DNA of 29,160 nt, from positions 1 through 29,160 of the IMG/VR virus record IMGVR_UViG_3300020166_000084, one strand, 5' to 3'. The position numbers were made by a program, and so were the translations under genes. This DNA is from a virus. Lineage: Duplodnaviria > Caudoviricetes. Below the pieces are notes generated by a model. It did no database searches, was not told the DNA's origin, and saw nothing but the letters and a program-made list of their open reading frames with translations. Below are positions 8,391 through 17,086 of this stretch, piece after piece. Position 1 is the first letter of the stretch; each line of letters opens with the position of its first letter.

Positions 8391-10289
8391 ATGCAAACAA
8401 TAAACATTATTACAAGATGTACCAGGCCAAATAACCTGCCTAAAGTTATGGATTCTGTATTTCATAAAGTGCCTAGTAATTTAAAAATTAACTGGCATGT
8501 TTTATTCGATACAGTTCCTTTAAAAGATATTGATGCTGGAATACTTTCCACTATAAGTTCAAATAATACCAAAATTCATTTTGTTAGAGGAGGAGACGGT
8601 GGTTTATTATATCCACAATCAACTAAATTAATTAAAACATTTGATAAAGATTCTTGGTTTTATTTTTTAGACGACGATAATATAATCCATGAAGATTTTT
8701 ATAAACATGTTGGTGGAAATACTATTCTAGAAAATAATAGCAATCATTTAATACATGTAGTTTCTCAACAAGTTGACGGTAAGGACTTTACTGGATTAGA
8801 TGTTAGAGTTGCAACTCCAGAAAATACAGGCTTTCAGAAAACAGATATTGCTCAAGTAATTATTAAATCAGAGTTAATCGATAATTATTCTTTTGGGGCA
8901 AGTTACGCTGCTGATGGATATTTTATTCAAGCAGTCCTTGATGAACATCCTGAATACTTCTCTTATCACAACTTAGTGTTAAGCCATTATAACTACTTAG
9001 AAAAAAAAGCAGCCCCTAAGTTGCCTAGAATATTATACATTGGTGAGGGAACTCCTGATTTAAAAAGTAAAAAATGGCTAAATTATGAGTCCGAAGATCT
9101 TGATGTTAGATATTTAGAAGATGATCAATTTATAAGAATTACAGTTGCTGAATTTAATCCTGATATGATAGTCACAAGAGGAGAACATTGGGCAGAATTT
9201 AGAAATGTAGCTAATATGCCACTTCAATTTCGTAAAAAATGGATCCATGTAGATGTTAAAGACGGCGTAGACTCAGTTAAAGATATAGGGGAATGGGCAT
9301 ATAATTGTTCAATGCATGCAATGTTAAATACTGATAATTTAGATGATCCAAATTTAATATCTTTCTTTACTCCAATTTATAATACTGGACAAAAACTAAG
9401 AACAACTTACAAATCAGTAGCTGCACAAACTTATGAAAATTGGGAATGGATTTTAATGAATGATTCTACTGATGGTGGAAAAACTCTTAAAATTGCAGAA
9501 GAAATTGCAGCTCAAGATCCAAGAGTTAAAGTATATGATTTGAGAAAAAAATCAGGTGGATGTATTGGAGAGGTAAAATGGAGAGCATGTTCAATGGCTA
9601 CTGGATATATTTTAGCTGAATTAGATCATGATGATATTTTAGCAGATACATGTGCTCAAGATTTACATGATGCTGCACAAGCTCACCCAGAATGTGGATT
9701 CTTTTTTGGAGATACTGCAGAGATTTATGAAAATGGAAAACCACATACATACCCCCCCGATGGTTCGTTTGCATTAGGATATGGAAATTACAGAGATGAA
9801 AAATATCATGACATGGATTTAATAGTATGTAATCAACATAACATTAATCCTAAAACAATTAGACATATTGTTGGAGTTCCTAATCATATTAGAGCATGGA
9901 GAAGATCTACTTATTTTGAAATAGGAGGACATAATAGAAGTTTAACAGTTGCTGATGATTATGAACTAGTGATTAGAACTTTCTTAAACACGATAATGTG
10001 TAAAATTCCAAAGCTTTCTTATATTCAATTAATATACAATAACGCAGGTGGAAGAAATACTCACGATTTATCAAGAGAAGATATACAGAGAAGAACAAGA
10101 ACAATTTCCGATTATTATAATGAGGATATTAAAAATAGATTTGAAGAGCTTGGTGTTCATGACTGGGCTTACGAAGAAAACCCAGATTACCCAATACATT
10201 CAAAATCCAGATTTGGAAAGGATGAAGGTGCAGTAAACATAACATATATAAAAGAAAATGAAAACATACACATTCCAACCGGAAACTAA
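8391..10289 (+). CDS. Multidomain glycosyltransferase with two GT2/GT-A domains
   Basis: N-terminal domain IITRCTR...FLDDDN (DxD); C-terminal domain FTPIYN...NDSTD...ELDHDD...DDYEL. Confidence 0.85.
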   Translation: MQTINIITRCTRPNNLPKVMDSVFHKVPSNLKINWHVLFDTVPLKDIDAGILSTISSNNTKIHFVRGGDGGLLYPQSTKLIKTFDKDSWFYFLDDDNIIHEDFYKHVGGNTILENNSNHLIHVVSQQVDGKDFTGLDVRVATPENTGFQKTDIAQVIIKSELIDNYSFGASYAADGYFIQAVLDEHPEYFSYHNLVLSHYNYLEKKAAPKLPRILYIGEGTPDLKSKKWLNYESEDLDVRYLEDDQFIRITVAEFNPDMIVTRGEHWAEFRNVANMPLQFRKKWIHVDVKDGVDSVKDIGEWAYNCSMHAMLNTDNLDDPNLISFFTPIYNTGQKLRTTYKSVAAQTYENWEWILMNDSTDGGKTLKIAEEIAAQDPRVKVYDLRKKSGGCIGEVKWRACSMATGYILAELDHDDILADTCAQDLHDAAQAHPECGFFFGDTAEIYENGKPHTYPPDGSFALGYGNYRDEKYHDMDLIVCNQHNINPKTIRHIVGVPNHIRAWRRSTYFEIGGHNRSLTVADDYELVIRTFLNTIMCKIPKLSYIQLIYNNAGGRNTHDLSREDIQRRTRTISDYYNEDIKNRFEELGVHDWAYEENPDYPIHSKSRFGKDEGAVNITYIKENENIHIPTGN

Positions 10290-10848
10290 CGACGCCCAAA
10301 ACTATTATTATTTTAATAATGGATTTTCAAGTTCAGAATTAGATCTTATATCTAAAGGAGTAGAGAATATTCCATTTGAAATAGCAACAACCGCAGCGGG
10401 AATTGATGAGGTTAGGAAATCAAATATTAAATGGATTCCTCAAACTGAGGAATGGGAATGGTTGTATTATAAATTAATGGATTTTGCTCAGAGAGCTAAT
10501 AATGAAATGTGGAGATTTGATTTAAAATCAACACCTGAATTAATACAATATACAGAATACCACGGAACTGAAAATGGAAAATATGATTGGCATCAAGATC
10601 TTGGCCCAGGAGAATTATCCATAAGAAAGATTTCTATGACCGTTCAATTATCAGATGATCATGAATATACCGGAGGAGACTTAGAATTCTGGCACGGAGG
10701 AACTTCATTAGAAGATACAGATTCAGCTCCTAGAGGAAAAGGAACAGTTGTAATCTTTCCTAGTTACCTTAATCACGCAGTTAAGCCAGTTACATCTGGC
10801 GTTAGAAAATCATTTGTTCTTTGGTTAGGAGGAGGACACTTTAAATAA
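10258..10848 (+). CDS. 2OG-Fe(II) oxygenase, PKHD/prolyl-4-hydroxylase-like
   Basis: WHQD, RKISMTVQLSD, YTGGDLEF, FPS..HAVKPVTSGVRKS (HxD...H...R-x-S). Confidence 0.88.
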   Translation: MKTYTFQPETNDAQNYYYFNNGFSSSELDLISKGVENIPFEIATTAAGIDEVRKSNIKWIPQTEEWEWLYYKLMDFAQRANNEMWRFDLKSTPELIQYTEYHGTENGKYDWHQDLGPGELSIRKISMTVQLSDDHEYTGGDLEFWHGGTSLEDTDSAPRGKGTVVIFPSYLNHAVKPVTSGVRKSFVLWLGGGHFK

Positions 10849-10856
10849 AATAAGCT

Positions 10857-11090
10857 ATGGGATATCCAGATATGAAATGTATGAAAATTAAGATTTATGT
10901 CCACCACATGGAGATAGATTCGATGTTTGATTTTATTAATCAAAGAATATCGAACCCTCCAGAGTATTGGATTAATCCTAAAGATTTACCAAACAGTATA
11001 ACTGGTGGATTTTTAGAAGTTTTCGTAGATTACGACACTTACACTTCAATTAGAGAAGTATCAGAACATTCTAATTGGTCTGATCTTTAA
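10857..11090 (+). CDS. Hypothetical protein (77 aa)
   Basis: Fills the gap on the coding strand; no recognisable motif. Confidence 0.6.
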   Translation: MGYPDMKCMKIKIYVHHMEIDSMFDFINQRISNPPEYWINPKDLPNSITGGFLEVFVDYDTYTSIREVSEHSNWSDL

Positions 11091-11095
11091 TATCT

Positions 11096-11156
11096 ATTAT
11101 ATTCATTTAAATATAATTCCCCGCCAGGGAAACTTTTATATTTAAATGAATATAAT
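11096..11156. repeat. 21-bp perfect inverted repeat with an inner GC mini-hairpin
   Basis: attatattcatttaaatataa (11096-11116) is the reverse complement of ttatatttaaatgaatataat (11136-11156); the interior reads ttccc-cgcca-gggaa. Confidence 0.9.
11130..11156 (+). promoter_or_regulatory. Putative 'middle' promoter, AAAC-N17-TATAAT
   Basis: AAAC at 11130-11133 and TATAAT at 11151-11156. Confidence 0.7.
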
Positions 11157-11162
11157 TATAGT

Positions 11163-11411
11163 ATGGCAAAGAGAAAAGAAAAGAAAGTTAAGCACATTTT
11201 TGTAAAGAAACCTAAAATAGGTTCGAATTACTATTTTGATTTTGCAGGTGGTTGGGAATATGGAGAGCTTATCGCTGAATCCGAAAAATTAACCGAGCAC
11301 TATGGACATAATTGGTATACTTTACAAAATAAAAATCACGAAGGTAGAGATATAAAATATCCAGTGCCTATCTATAATCTTAGAAATAATAAAGAGGAAA
11401 CTGAAAAATAA
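11163..11411 (+). CDS. Hypothetical protein (82 aa, basic N-terminus)
   Basis: ATG 6 nt after the promoter motif; abuts the next gene. Confidence 0.65.
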   Translation: MAKRKEKKVKHIFVKKPKIGSNYYFDFAGGWEYGELIAESEKLTEHYGHNWYTLQNKNHEGRDIKYPVPIYNLRNNKEETEK

Positions 11412-11413
11412 AA

Positions 11414-12136
11414 ATGTATACTTCATCAGAATTAAAAGGAATGTTATTTATCGATATTGAGACAGCTTCTCAATACGAAACATTAAAGGATTTAAAAAAA
11501 GATAAAGAAAGTTTGTATGATTTGTGGATTGCTAAGGCAACTCAAATAAAATCTTTCGAATCTGATAAAGCAGATTTAACTGATCAAGAGATGTTTAAGA
11601 GAACCTCTTCACTCCACCCTGAGTTTGGTAAAATAATTACAATATCAATTGGTCAAATTAAATTTGATGAGATAGGTCTTCCTGTAAAAACAAATATTAA
11701 ATCTTTTTATGGAGACGACGAAGTTGCTCTACTAAATGAATTTAATCAAACAATGCAGGCTGTTTTTAATCAAAATTCAAGTGTCAAATTAATAGGACAT
11801 AACATTAAAAGATTTGATATGCCATGGATTATTAAAAGATGTCTTATTAATGGAATTACACCAATTCATCAATTCCATTTACAGAAACAAAAACCTTGGG
11901 AAAACTGTTTACTAGATACTTTAGAGATTTGGAAATTTGGAGGATATTCTGGAGCATCCTTAGATCTTATTTGTAATATATTTAATATTCCTTCTCCTAA
12001 AGATGCCATGAAAAATACAGATGTTTCTGAGCATTATTGGGGAGGAAGACTTGAAGATATTAAAAATTACTGTGAAGGAGATGTTTTAGCAACAATGAAT
12101 GTTATGCTAAAACTATCTAATATGCCGATTTTATGA
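11414..12136 (+). CDS. PolB-type/DnaQ-like 3'-5' exonuclease
   Basis: ExoI FIDIET, ExoII GHNIKRFD, ExoIII YCEGDV; the KPWE...LDT..WKFG segment resembles Bacteroidota standalone exonucleases. Confidence 0.85.
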   Translation: MYTSSELKGMLFIDIETASQYETLKDLKKDKESLYDLWIAKATQIKSFESDKADLTDQEMFKRTSSLHPEFGKIITISIGQIKFDEIGLPVKTNIKSFYGDDEVALLNEFNQTMQAVFNQNSSVKLIGHNIKRFDMPWIIKRCLINGITPIHQFHLQKQKPWENCLLDTLEIWKFGGYSGASLDLICNIFNIPSPKDAMKNTDVSEHYWGGRLEDIKNYCEGDVLATMNVMLKLSNMPIL

Positions 12137-12966
12137 AAGTATGGGCCTATGTAGTCGCATGGAATGAAGAGTTGATGCTTCCTTATTACCTAAGACACTA
12201 TTCTACATTTTGTGATAAAATAATAGTATACGACAATATGTCAACAGATTCAACGAGAATGATCGCAGAATCCTATGGAGATATGGTTGAAGTTATACCA
12301 TTTGAAAGCGGAGAAGAATTTAATGACTATATTCATGTTGATCTAAAAACAAGCAGTATAGAACATGCTAAAGGAAATGCTGATTTTGTTATCTTATGTG
12401 ATTGTGATGAGTTTGTATTTCATAAAGATTTAAGATCTTTTTTAAATAAAAATAAAAACTGTAGTGTTTTTTATCCAGCAGGTTTTCAAATGGTATCTAA
12501 TACTTTTCCTGAAAACTTAGAAGGTCAATTATATGATTATGTCCAATGGGGAGAACCTAATCCATGGTATTCTAAACCAATGATAATCAATTTAAATATA
12601 GTACATCATTTACAATTTGTTGAAGGTGCTCATGAATTAGATCCAGATTTTAATTTAGGTGATTTTTGGCACCCTGTTCCTGAAAATATTAGACCTCTTG
12701 GAGAATATAAAAAACATAAATGGGGAAAATGGCAAAAAATGTGGGAAATATTAGACACATTTAATTCAAAACCTCTTAAAATGTTGCATTATAAATATCT
12801 TGGAGAGGATTATGTGAATGACAGATATAAATTATACGCTAAAAAAATGAGTAAAGCTAACCATGAAAGTGGAATAGGAATGCATTATCAAGAAATCATA
12901 GATAAAGATGCCGTTAAGATGGAAATAGATGAAATTAAATCAAAGGCAGTTAGAGTAAAAATATGA
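12133..12966 (+). CDS. Glycosyltransferase family 2-like protein
   Basis: WNEELMLPYYLRHY, YDNMSTD, DCDEF (DxD), KP..., LHYKY. Confidence 0.82.
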   Translation: MKVWAYVVAWNEELMLPYYLRHYSTFCDKIIVYDNMSTDSTRMIAESYGDMVEVIPFESGEEFNDYIHVDLKTSSIEHAKGNADFVILCDCDEFVFHKDLRSFLNKNKNCSVFYPAGFQMVSNTFPENLEGQLYDYVQWGEPNPWYSKPMIINLNIVHHLQFVEGAHELDPDFNLGDFWHPVPENIRPLGEYKKHKWGKWQKMWEILDTFNSKPLKMLHYKYLGEDYVNDRYKLYAKKMSKANHESGIGMHYQEIIDKDAVKMEIDEIKSKAVRVKI

Positions 12967-13208
12967 ATATAAATCAAGTACTTAGATCTGGTAAATACGC
13001 TGGATATACTATTGGGGAAATATACGCTAAAGATCGTAGGTATATTAATTGGGTTTTAGAAAATAGACCTGAAATGCTTAAAAGTCATTCAAAAAAACCT
13101 CAAGAAACTACTTATAAGAAACCAACATATATAGATCCACCTGATATTCCAAACAAACAAAAGGATGTAATTAAACCAGTTTCTCCAAAAGATGCCTTTG
13201 GATTGTAA
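12963..13208 (+). CDS. Small protein with a GKY-G...YI-W motif (ExoX C-terminal/DUF3820-like)
   Basis: SGKYAGYTIGEI...RRYINWVLEN. Confidence 0.55.
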   Translation: MNINQVLRSGKYAGYTIGEIYAKDRRYINWVLENRPEMLKSHSKKPQETTYKKPTYIDPPDIPNKQKDVIKPVSPKDAFGL

Positions 13209-13234
13209 TTATTTTTGAAAAAAAGTCACAAAAA

Positions 13235-13285
13235 GTTTTTTTATCCCAATTATTTTGCTTATATTAGTATAGTAATTAAAAAACA
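13235..13285 (+). promoter_or_regulatory. Putative early (host sigma) promoter, copy 1
   Basis: 45/51 nt identical to 17441-17491; TATATTAG (13260-13267) is one mismatch from the Bacteroidota -7 element TAnnTTTG. Confidence 0.75.
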
Positions 13286-13292
13286 AATAAAC

Positions 13293-13625
13293 ATGAGTAA
13301 TCCACACTACGAACATCAATTAAAATTAGACGCTATGAAAAAACACACTAAATTATCGTCGAGAAACAAAACGCTTCTTTTAATGGGGGCAAAGACCACT
13401 GGATCCTTTACAGAAGGATATTATTATATCGAAGAAAGTTTATATCTCGATGAGGCAGATGAACTTCACACATTCTGTATGTGGATCGATAATCAAATCG
13501 GAGGTGCAGGCCCAGTTAATATCGATATGCTTTGGTTAGGGTTTAAATACCCTGAAGTAGATAAGTATTCTTTGGCTTGTGTAGAAATCAAGAAACAAAT
13601 GCATGAAATTAAATCATACTGCTAA
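13293..13625 (+). CDS. Hypothetical early protein (110 aa; start revised from 13215)
   Basis: The track's TTG start at 13215 runs through the promoter repeat. ATG 13293 (MSNPHYEH...) follows an A-rich leader like the one before ATG 17497. Confidence 0.7.
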   Translation: MSNPHYEHQLKLDAMKKHTKLSSRNKTLLLMGAKTTGSFTEGYYYIEESLYLDEADELHTFCMWIDNQIGGAGPVNIDMLWLGFKYPEVDKYSLACVEIKKQMHEIKSYC

Positions 13626-13909
13626 TGTACCGCGACGAAGAATTTGAAGACTTTAACTCCGAGGGAGAAGGAGGCATTGATCTAAACCAAGATCAACAAG
13701 AACATTTAGATGCTATAAAGGATAGATTGGCTAGAGCTAACTATGAAGCTATTGTTAAACATGGTGTTGATCCAGAAAGCACTAATAATATAGACATTAT
13801 TAAACATCTTATTGAAGAAACTATGTTATACTTTCAAGATCTAGAGGAATATGAAAAATGTGCAGAATTAAAAAAAGCGCTAGATCATTTAGAACTCACT
13901 CTGATTTAA
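13625..13909 (+). CDS. Small protein with a C-terminal UVR-like (EEYEKC) helical hairpin, paralog 1
   Basis: YFQDLEEYEKCAELKK. Confidence 0.65.
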   Translation: MYRDEEFEDFNSEGEGGIDLNQDQQEHLDAIKDRLARANYEAIVKHGVDPESTNNIDIIKHLIEETMLYFQDLEEYEKCAELKKALDHLELTLI

Positions 13910-13910
13910 T

Positions 13911-13920
13911 AGATATATAA
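13911..13920 (+). promoter_or_regulatory. Putative late promoter motif, AGATATATAA
   Basis: Identical to 19996-20005; similar motifs at 15372, 19081 and 23743. Confidence 0.45.
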
Positions 13921-13940
13921 TATAATAATAAAATAATAAT

Positions 13941-14081
13941 ATGGACTTAACTCAAGTTTTAGAAAGAATTGCCTCTTCTTTAGAGGAAATTGCTTTACTT
14001 ATGAAAAATAAGCAAAAAAGAGAAATAAATGAATCTCTTCGTAAAAATAAGAAATCTGGCAAGTCTGTTAAAAAGAAATAA
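13941..14081 (+). CDS. Small basic protein (46 aa), not in the ORF track
   Basis: [46 protein letters not shown]; A-rich leader; stop 2 nt before the dnaJ ATG. Confidence 0.65.
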   Translation: MDLTQVLERIASSLEEIALLMKNKQKREINESLRKNKKSGKSVKKK

Positions 14082-14083
14082 AG

Positions 14084-14878
14084 ATGGATCCTTATAGTGT
14101 ACTAGGTGTAGACAATAAATCTTCACAAGATGACATAAAAAAGGCTTATAGAAAATTAGCAAAAAAACACCACCCTGACAAAAACAACGGTGACGATGTA
14201 AGATTTAAAGAAATTGCGGATGCTTACGAAAAAATAGGAGATTCGCAAAAAAGAAAAGAATACGATTCCGTTAATTCTTTTTCTACCTCAGGTTTTTCAG
14301 ATATTTTTAGTAGATTTGAAGGTGATTTCTCAAACATGTTTGATAATTCATTTGGCCAACAAGCTCGCGGAAATGACGTTACCATTCGAATAATGTTATC
14401 TATGGATGAGGTATATTATGGAACTACAAAATACGTAGAAACATCTAATCAAAAATTTAATATTAAAATTCCTAAAGGAATTTATGAAAACGCTAAACTA
14501 AAAGTTAAAGGAAAAGGCATGCCACATCCTTTAAACTCGTCAGCCCCTAGCGGAGACGCTATAGTAATAGTAAATATTGCTAGAGATCCTAACATGATTG
14601 TGACAAATGGAGATATATGGTTAGATTATGAACTTCCATTTTATGATTTATTATTAGGAGGAACATTTGAAATAAATACAAGATTTAATGATGTTAAAAT
14701 TAAAGTTCCAAAAAATTCTCAAGAAAATAAGGTTTTAAGAATTAAGGGCATGGGATTTCCGATATATAATACAGATCAGTATGGAAATTTAATGATTAAG
14801 CTAAGAGCTTCAAAAATATCTTTAACTGAAGAACAATTAGAACATATAAAAAAAATTAAAGAATTAAATAATGCATAG
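14084..14878 (+). CDS. dnaJ: DnaJ/CbpA-like class B J-domain co-chaperone
   Basis: J domain (DPYSVLGV...[16 protein letters not shown]), short F/S/D-rich linker, two C-terminal domains (KIPKG; LRIKGMGFP), no zinc finger. Confidence 0.9.
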   Translation: MDPYSVLGVDNKSSQDDIKKAYRKLAKKHHPDKNNGDDVRFKEIADAYEKIGDSQKRKEYDSVNSFSTSGFSDIFSRFEGDFSNMFDNSFGQQARGNDVTIRIMLSMDEVYYGTTKYVETSNQKFNIKIPKGIYENAKLKVKGKGMPHPLNSSAPSGDAIVIVNIARDPNMIVTNGDIWLDYELPFYDLLLGGTFEINTRFNDVKIKVPKNSQENKVLRIKGMGFPIYNTDQYGNLMIKLRASKISLTEEQLEHIKKIKELNNA

Positions 14879-15125
14879 TTTAGAAGATTTTCCAGATTTT
14901 TCAGGAGAAGATAATATAGATAGCTTGAAGGAAAATTCAAGAGTCACCATGATGAACATGATATACAATGCAATTATGAACAATGAGGATAGAGCAATTG
15001 ATAGCGACACCTCTCCTAGTGAAAAGGTAAAAGCTCTTAATAATATTATAGAATTCTTTGTTAGCTGCGAAGAATATGAAAAATGTTCTAACATTAAAAA
15101 AATTATCGATAAAATTAAATGCTAA
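14871..15125 (+). CDS. Small protein with a UVR-like EEYEKC motif, paralog 2
   Basis: [16 protein letters not shown]. Confidence 0.65.
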   Translation: MHSLEDFPDFSGEDNIDSLKENSRVTMMNMIYNAIMNNEDRAIDSDTSPSEKVKALNNIIEFFVSCEEYEKCSNIKKIIDKIKC

Positions 15126-15307
15126 AGATAGAGGTTAAAAAAGGAAATATCGAACAGGCTCTTAAATCTTATAAATATAAGGTGAATAGAACAAAACAAA
15201 GACAAGAAATAAGCGAAAGAAAGGAATATACAAAACCATCTATTATAAAACGCAAAAAGATTCAAAAAGCAAAGTATATTCAAAAGAAATTTAAAGGCGA
15301 TTCTTAG
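15119..15307 (+). CDS. rpsU: Ribosomal protein bS21
   Basis: I.VK.GNIEQALK.YK.KV...E...RKEYTKPS..KR...KAKY matches the S21 signature; 62 aa, highly basic. Confidence 0.9.
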   Translation: MLKIEVKKGNIEQALKSYKYKVNRTKQRQEISERKEYTKPSIIKRKKIQKAKYIQKKFKGDS

Positions 15308-15427
15308 CACTTTAGATTATAATATCATTATATTTTTTTTACAATATCGGACTGTTAACCAGCAATGCCAGGTATATATAAAAAGTAAAGTAGTATACAA
15401 CTACTATGCTAAAAAACACTGACAAAA

Positions 15428-15685
15428 ATGAAAGATATATTAGGAGAGGATAGAGACTCTTTAATGAGATCTTCCTATTATACAATTACTAGAAATTTTA
15501 CAAAAACCGTAAATAGGTTTATAGTATTTAAAGAAGGTAATGACATTATTGAGATACCACATGGAATTGGACAAAGGTCTGATTTCATAGATATTCTTGT
15601 TGAATATTTTGAAAATCTAGAAGAATACGAAAAATGCGATAAATTAATGAAATTAAGAGAACTTGTAATGATGGCAGGTAACTAA
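15428..15685 (+). CDS. Small protein with a UVR-like EEYEKC motif, paralog 3
   Basis: YFENLEEYEKCDKLMK. Confidence 0.65.
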   Translation: MKDILGEDRDSLMRSSYYTITRNFTKTVNRFIVFKEGNDIIEIPHGIGQRSDFIDILVEYFENLEEYEKCDKLMKLRELVMMAGN

Positions 15686-15699
15686 AAATAAAATAAAAT

Positions 15700-16404
15700 A
15701 TGAGCAATAATTCTGACAACAAAAACAGTAGGGTAAACAGAAATAAAATAAATGTTAAACCCGAAAATATCAGAGTACAATTACGACAATCACAACAAAA
15801 ATACGTTCAAAAAATACTAGAGAACGACATCACATTCTGCCAAGGACCAGCAGGAACTTCAAAAACATTTACGGCCTGCTATGCTGCATTAAAACTTTTT
15901 GCAGATAAAAAAATTAAAAATATAATTCTTTGTAAACCTATACAAGAAGCTGGTGAAAAACTAGGATTTTTACCAGGAGACGTTAGTGATAAAATAGATC
16001 CATACATGCAATCTTATATAACTAATCTAAATAAGATTATAGGACACGCCACAACAGAACAATTAGTAGAATCTGAAATTATACAATTTAGACCAATGGC
16101 CTTTATGAGAGGAGATACGTTTGACGATTCTTTAATGATTTTAGATGAAGCTCAAAACGCAACATTTAAGCAGTTAATGCTATTTGTTACGAGAATGGGG
16201 AAAGGATCTAAGGTTATCGTTACTGGCGATGTTAGCCAATATGATATTGCAAAGAACAATATAGGGTTAGAAAAATTCACTGATTTAATGGAAGGTATTA
16301 AAGGTATCGGAAATCACACTTTCACAGAAAAAGATATAGTACGTGCAAAAATATTAAAAGACGTTGTAAAGAGATATGATAAGTGGAAATTAGAAAATGA
16401 GTAG
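15700..16404 (+). CDS. phoH: PhoH-family ATPase
   Basis: GPAGTSKT (Walker A variant), EKLGFLPG, FMRGDTF, LDEAQN, TRMG, TGDVSQ.D, DIVR. Confidence 0.93.
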   Translation: MSNNSDNKNSRVNRNKINVKPENIRVQLRQSQQKYVQKILENDITFCQGPAGTSKTFTACYAALKLFADKKIKNIILCKPIQEAGEKLGFLPGDVSDKIDPYMQSYITNLNKIIGHATTEQLVESEIIQFRPMAFMRGDTFDDSLMILDEAQNATFKQLMLFVTRMGKGSKVIVTGDVSQYDIAKNNIGLEKFTDLMEGIKGIGNHTFTEKDIVRAKILKDVVKRYDKWKLENE

Positions 16405-16431
16405 AAACAAATGATAAATCTTTAGTATAAT
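16405..16431 (+). promoter_or_regulatory. Putative 'middle' promoter, AAAC-N17-TATAAT
   Basis: AAAC at 16405-16408 and TATAAT at 16426-16431. Confidence 0.7.
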
Positions 16432-16447
16432 ACTTAAAGGTTTTAAT

Positions 16448-17086
16448 ATGTCAACACAAATTTTACTTAAAGGTTCTTATAATAACGACTCTAGTGTTTT
16501 AGAGGTAGGAATTGATGAAGCAGGCCGAGGAGCTCTTGCAGGTCCAGTCACGGTTTCTGCCGTTATAATGCCACATGGCTTTACACATCCTTTAATTAAA
16601 GATTCTAAATTACTTAATGAAGCTCAGCGAAAACAAGCTAGATTAATAGTTATGGATAATGCGATAGCGTATTCCGTTGTTCATATTGATATTAATCAAA
16701 TAGAGAATACAAACATACTTAGAGCAACCTTAAAAGGAATGAACGATTCCTTATTTGAGTTAAATAAAAATTCAAATAATTTTGACTTTATATTAGTTGA
16801 TGGAGATCAATTCCATGGATATGAAGGAATTCCATTTAAAACTATTGTCGGTGGAGATAATAAATACACGTCGATCGCAGCAGCTTCTATATTAGCTAAA
16901 ACTGAAAGAGATTTATTAATGAAAGAGCTTAGTGAAATTGAAGAGTTTGAACAATATGGCTGGAATTCAAATAAAGGATATGGAACAAAGCAACATATCA
17001 CCGCAATTAAAGAAAACGGACCAACAGAACATCACAGACCAAGTTTTATATCTCACATACTAACGACAACAGGTCAATTATTCTAA
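16448..17086 (+). CDS. rnhB: Ribonuclease HII
   Basis: GIDEAGRGALAGPV, DSKLL, LVDG, SIAAASILAK, NKGYGT..H, HR.SF. Confidence 0.95.
   Translation: MSTQILLKGSYNNDSSVLEVGIDEAGRGALAGPVTVSAVIMPHGFTHPLIKDSKLLNEAQRKQARLIVMDNAIAYSVVHIDINQIENTNILRATLKGMNDSLFELNKNSNNFDFILVDGDQFHGYEGIPFKTIVGGDNKYTSIAAASILAKTERDLLMKELSEIEEFEQYGWNSNKGYGTKQHITAIKENGPTEHHRPSFISHILTTTGQLF

Noticed and set aside
13215-13292. N-terminal extension of the 136-aa ORF from TTG 13215
   Set aside because: It runs through the duplicated promoter cassette; ATG 13293 matches the layout of the second copy.
15389-15405. Small hairpin AGTAGT-ATACA-ACTACT in the 120-nt gap after rpsU, considered as a possible ncRNA or terminator
   Set aside because: Only 6 bp with no U tract, and no tRNA or riboswitch features; not distinguishable from chance.
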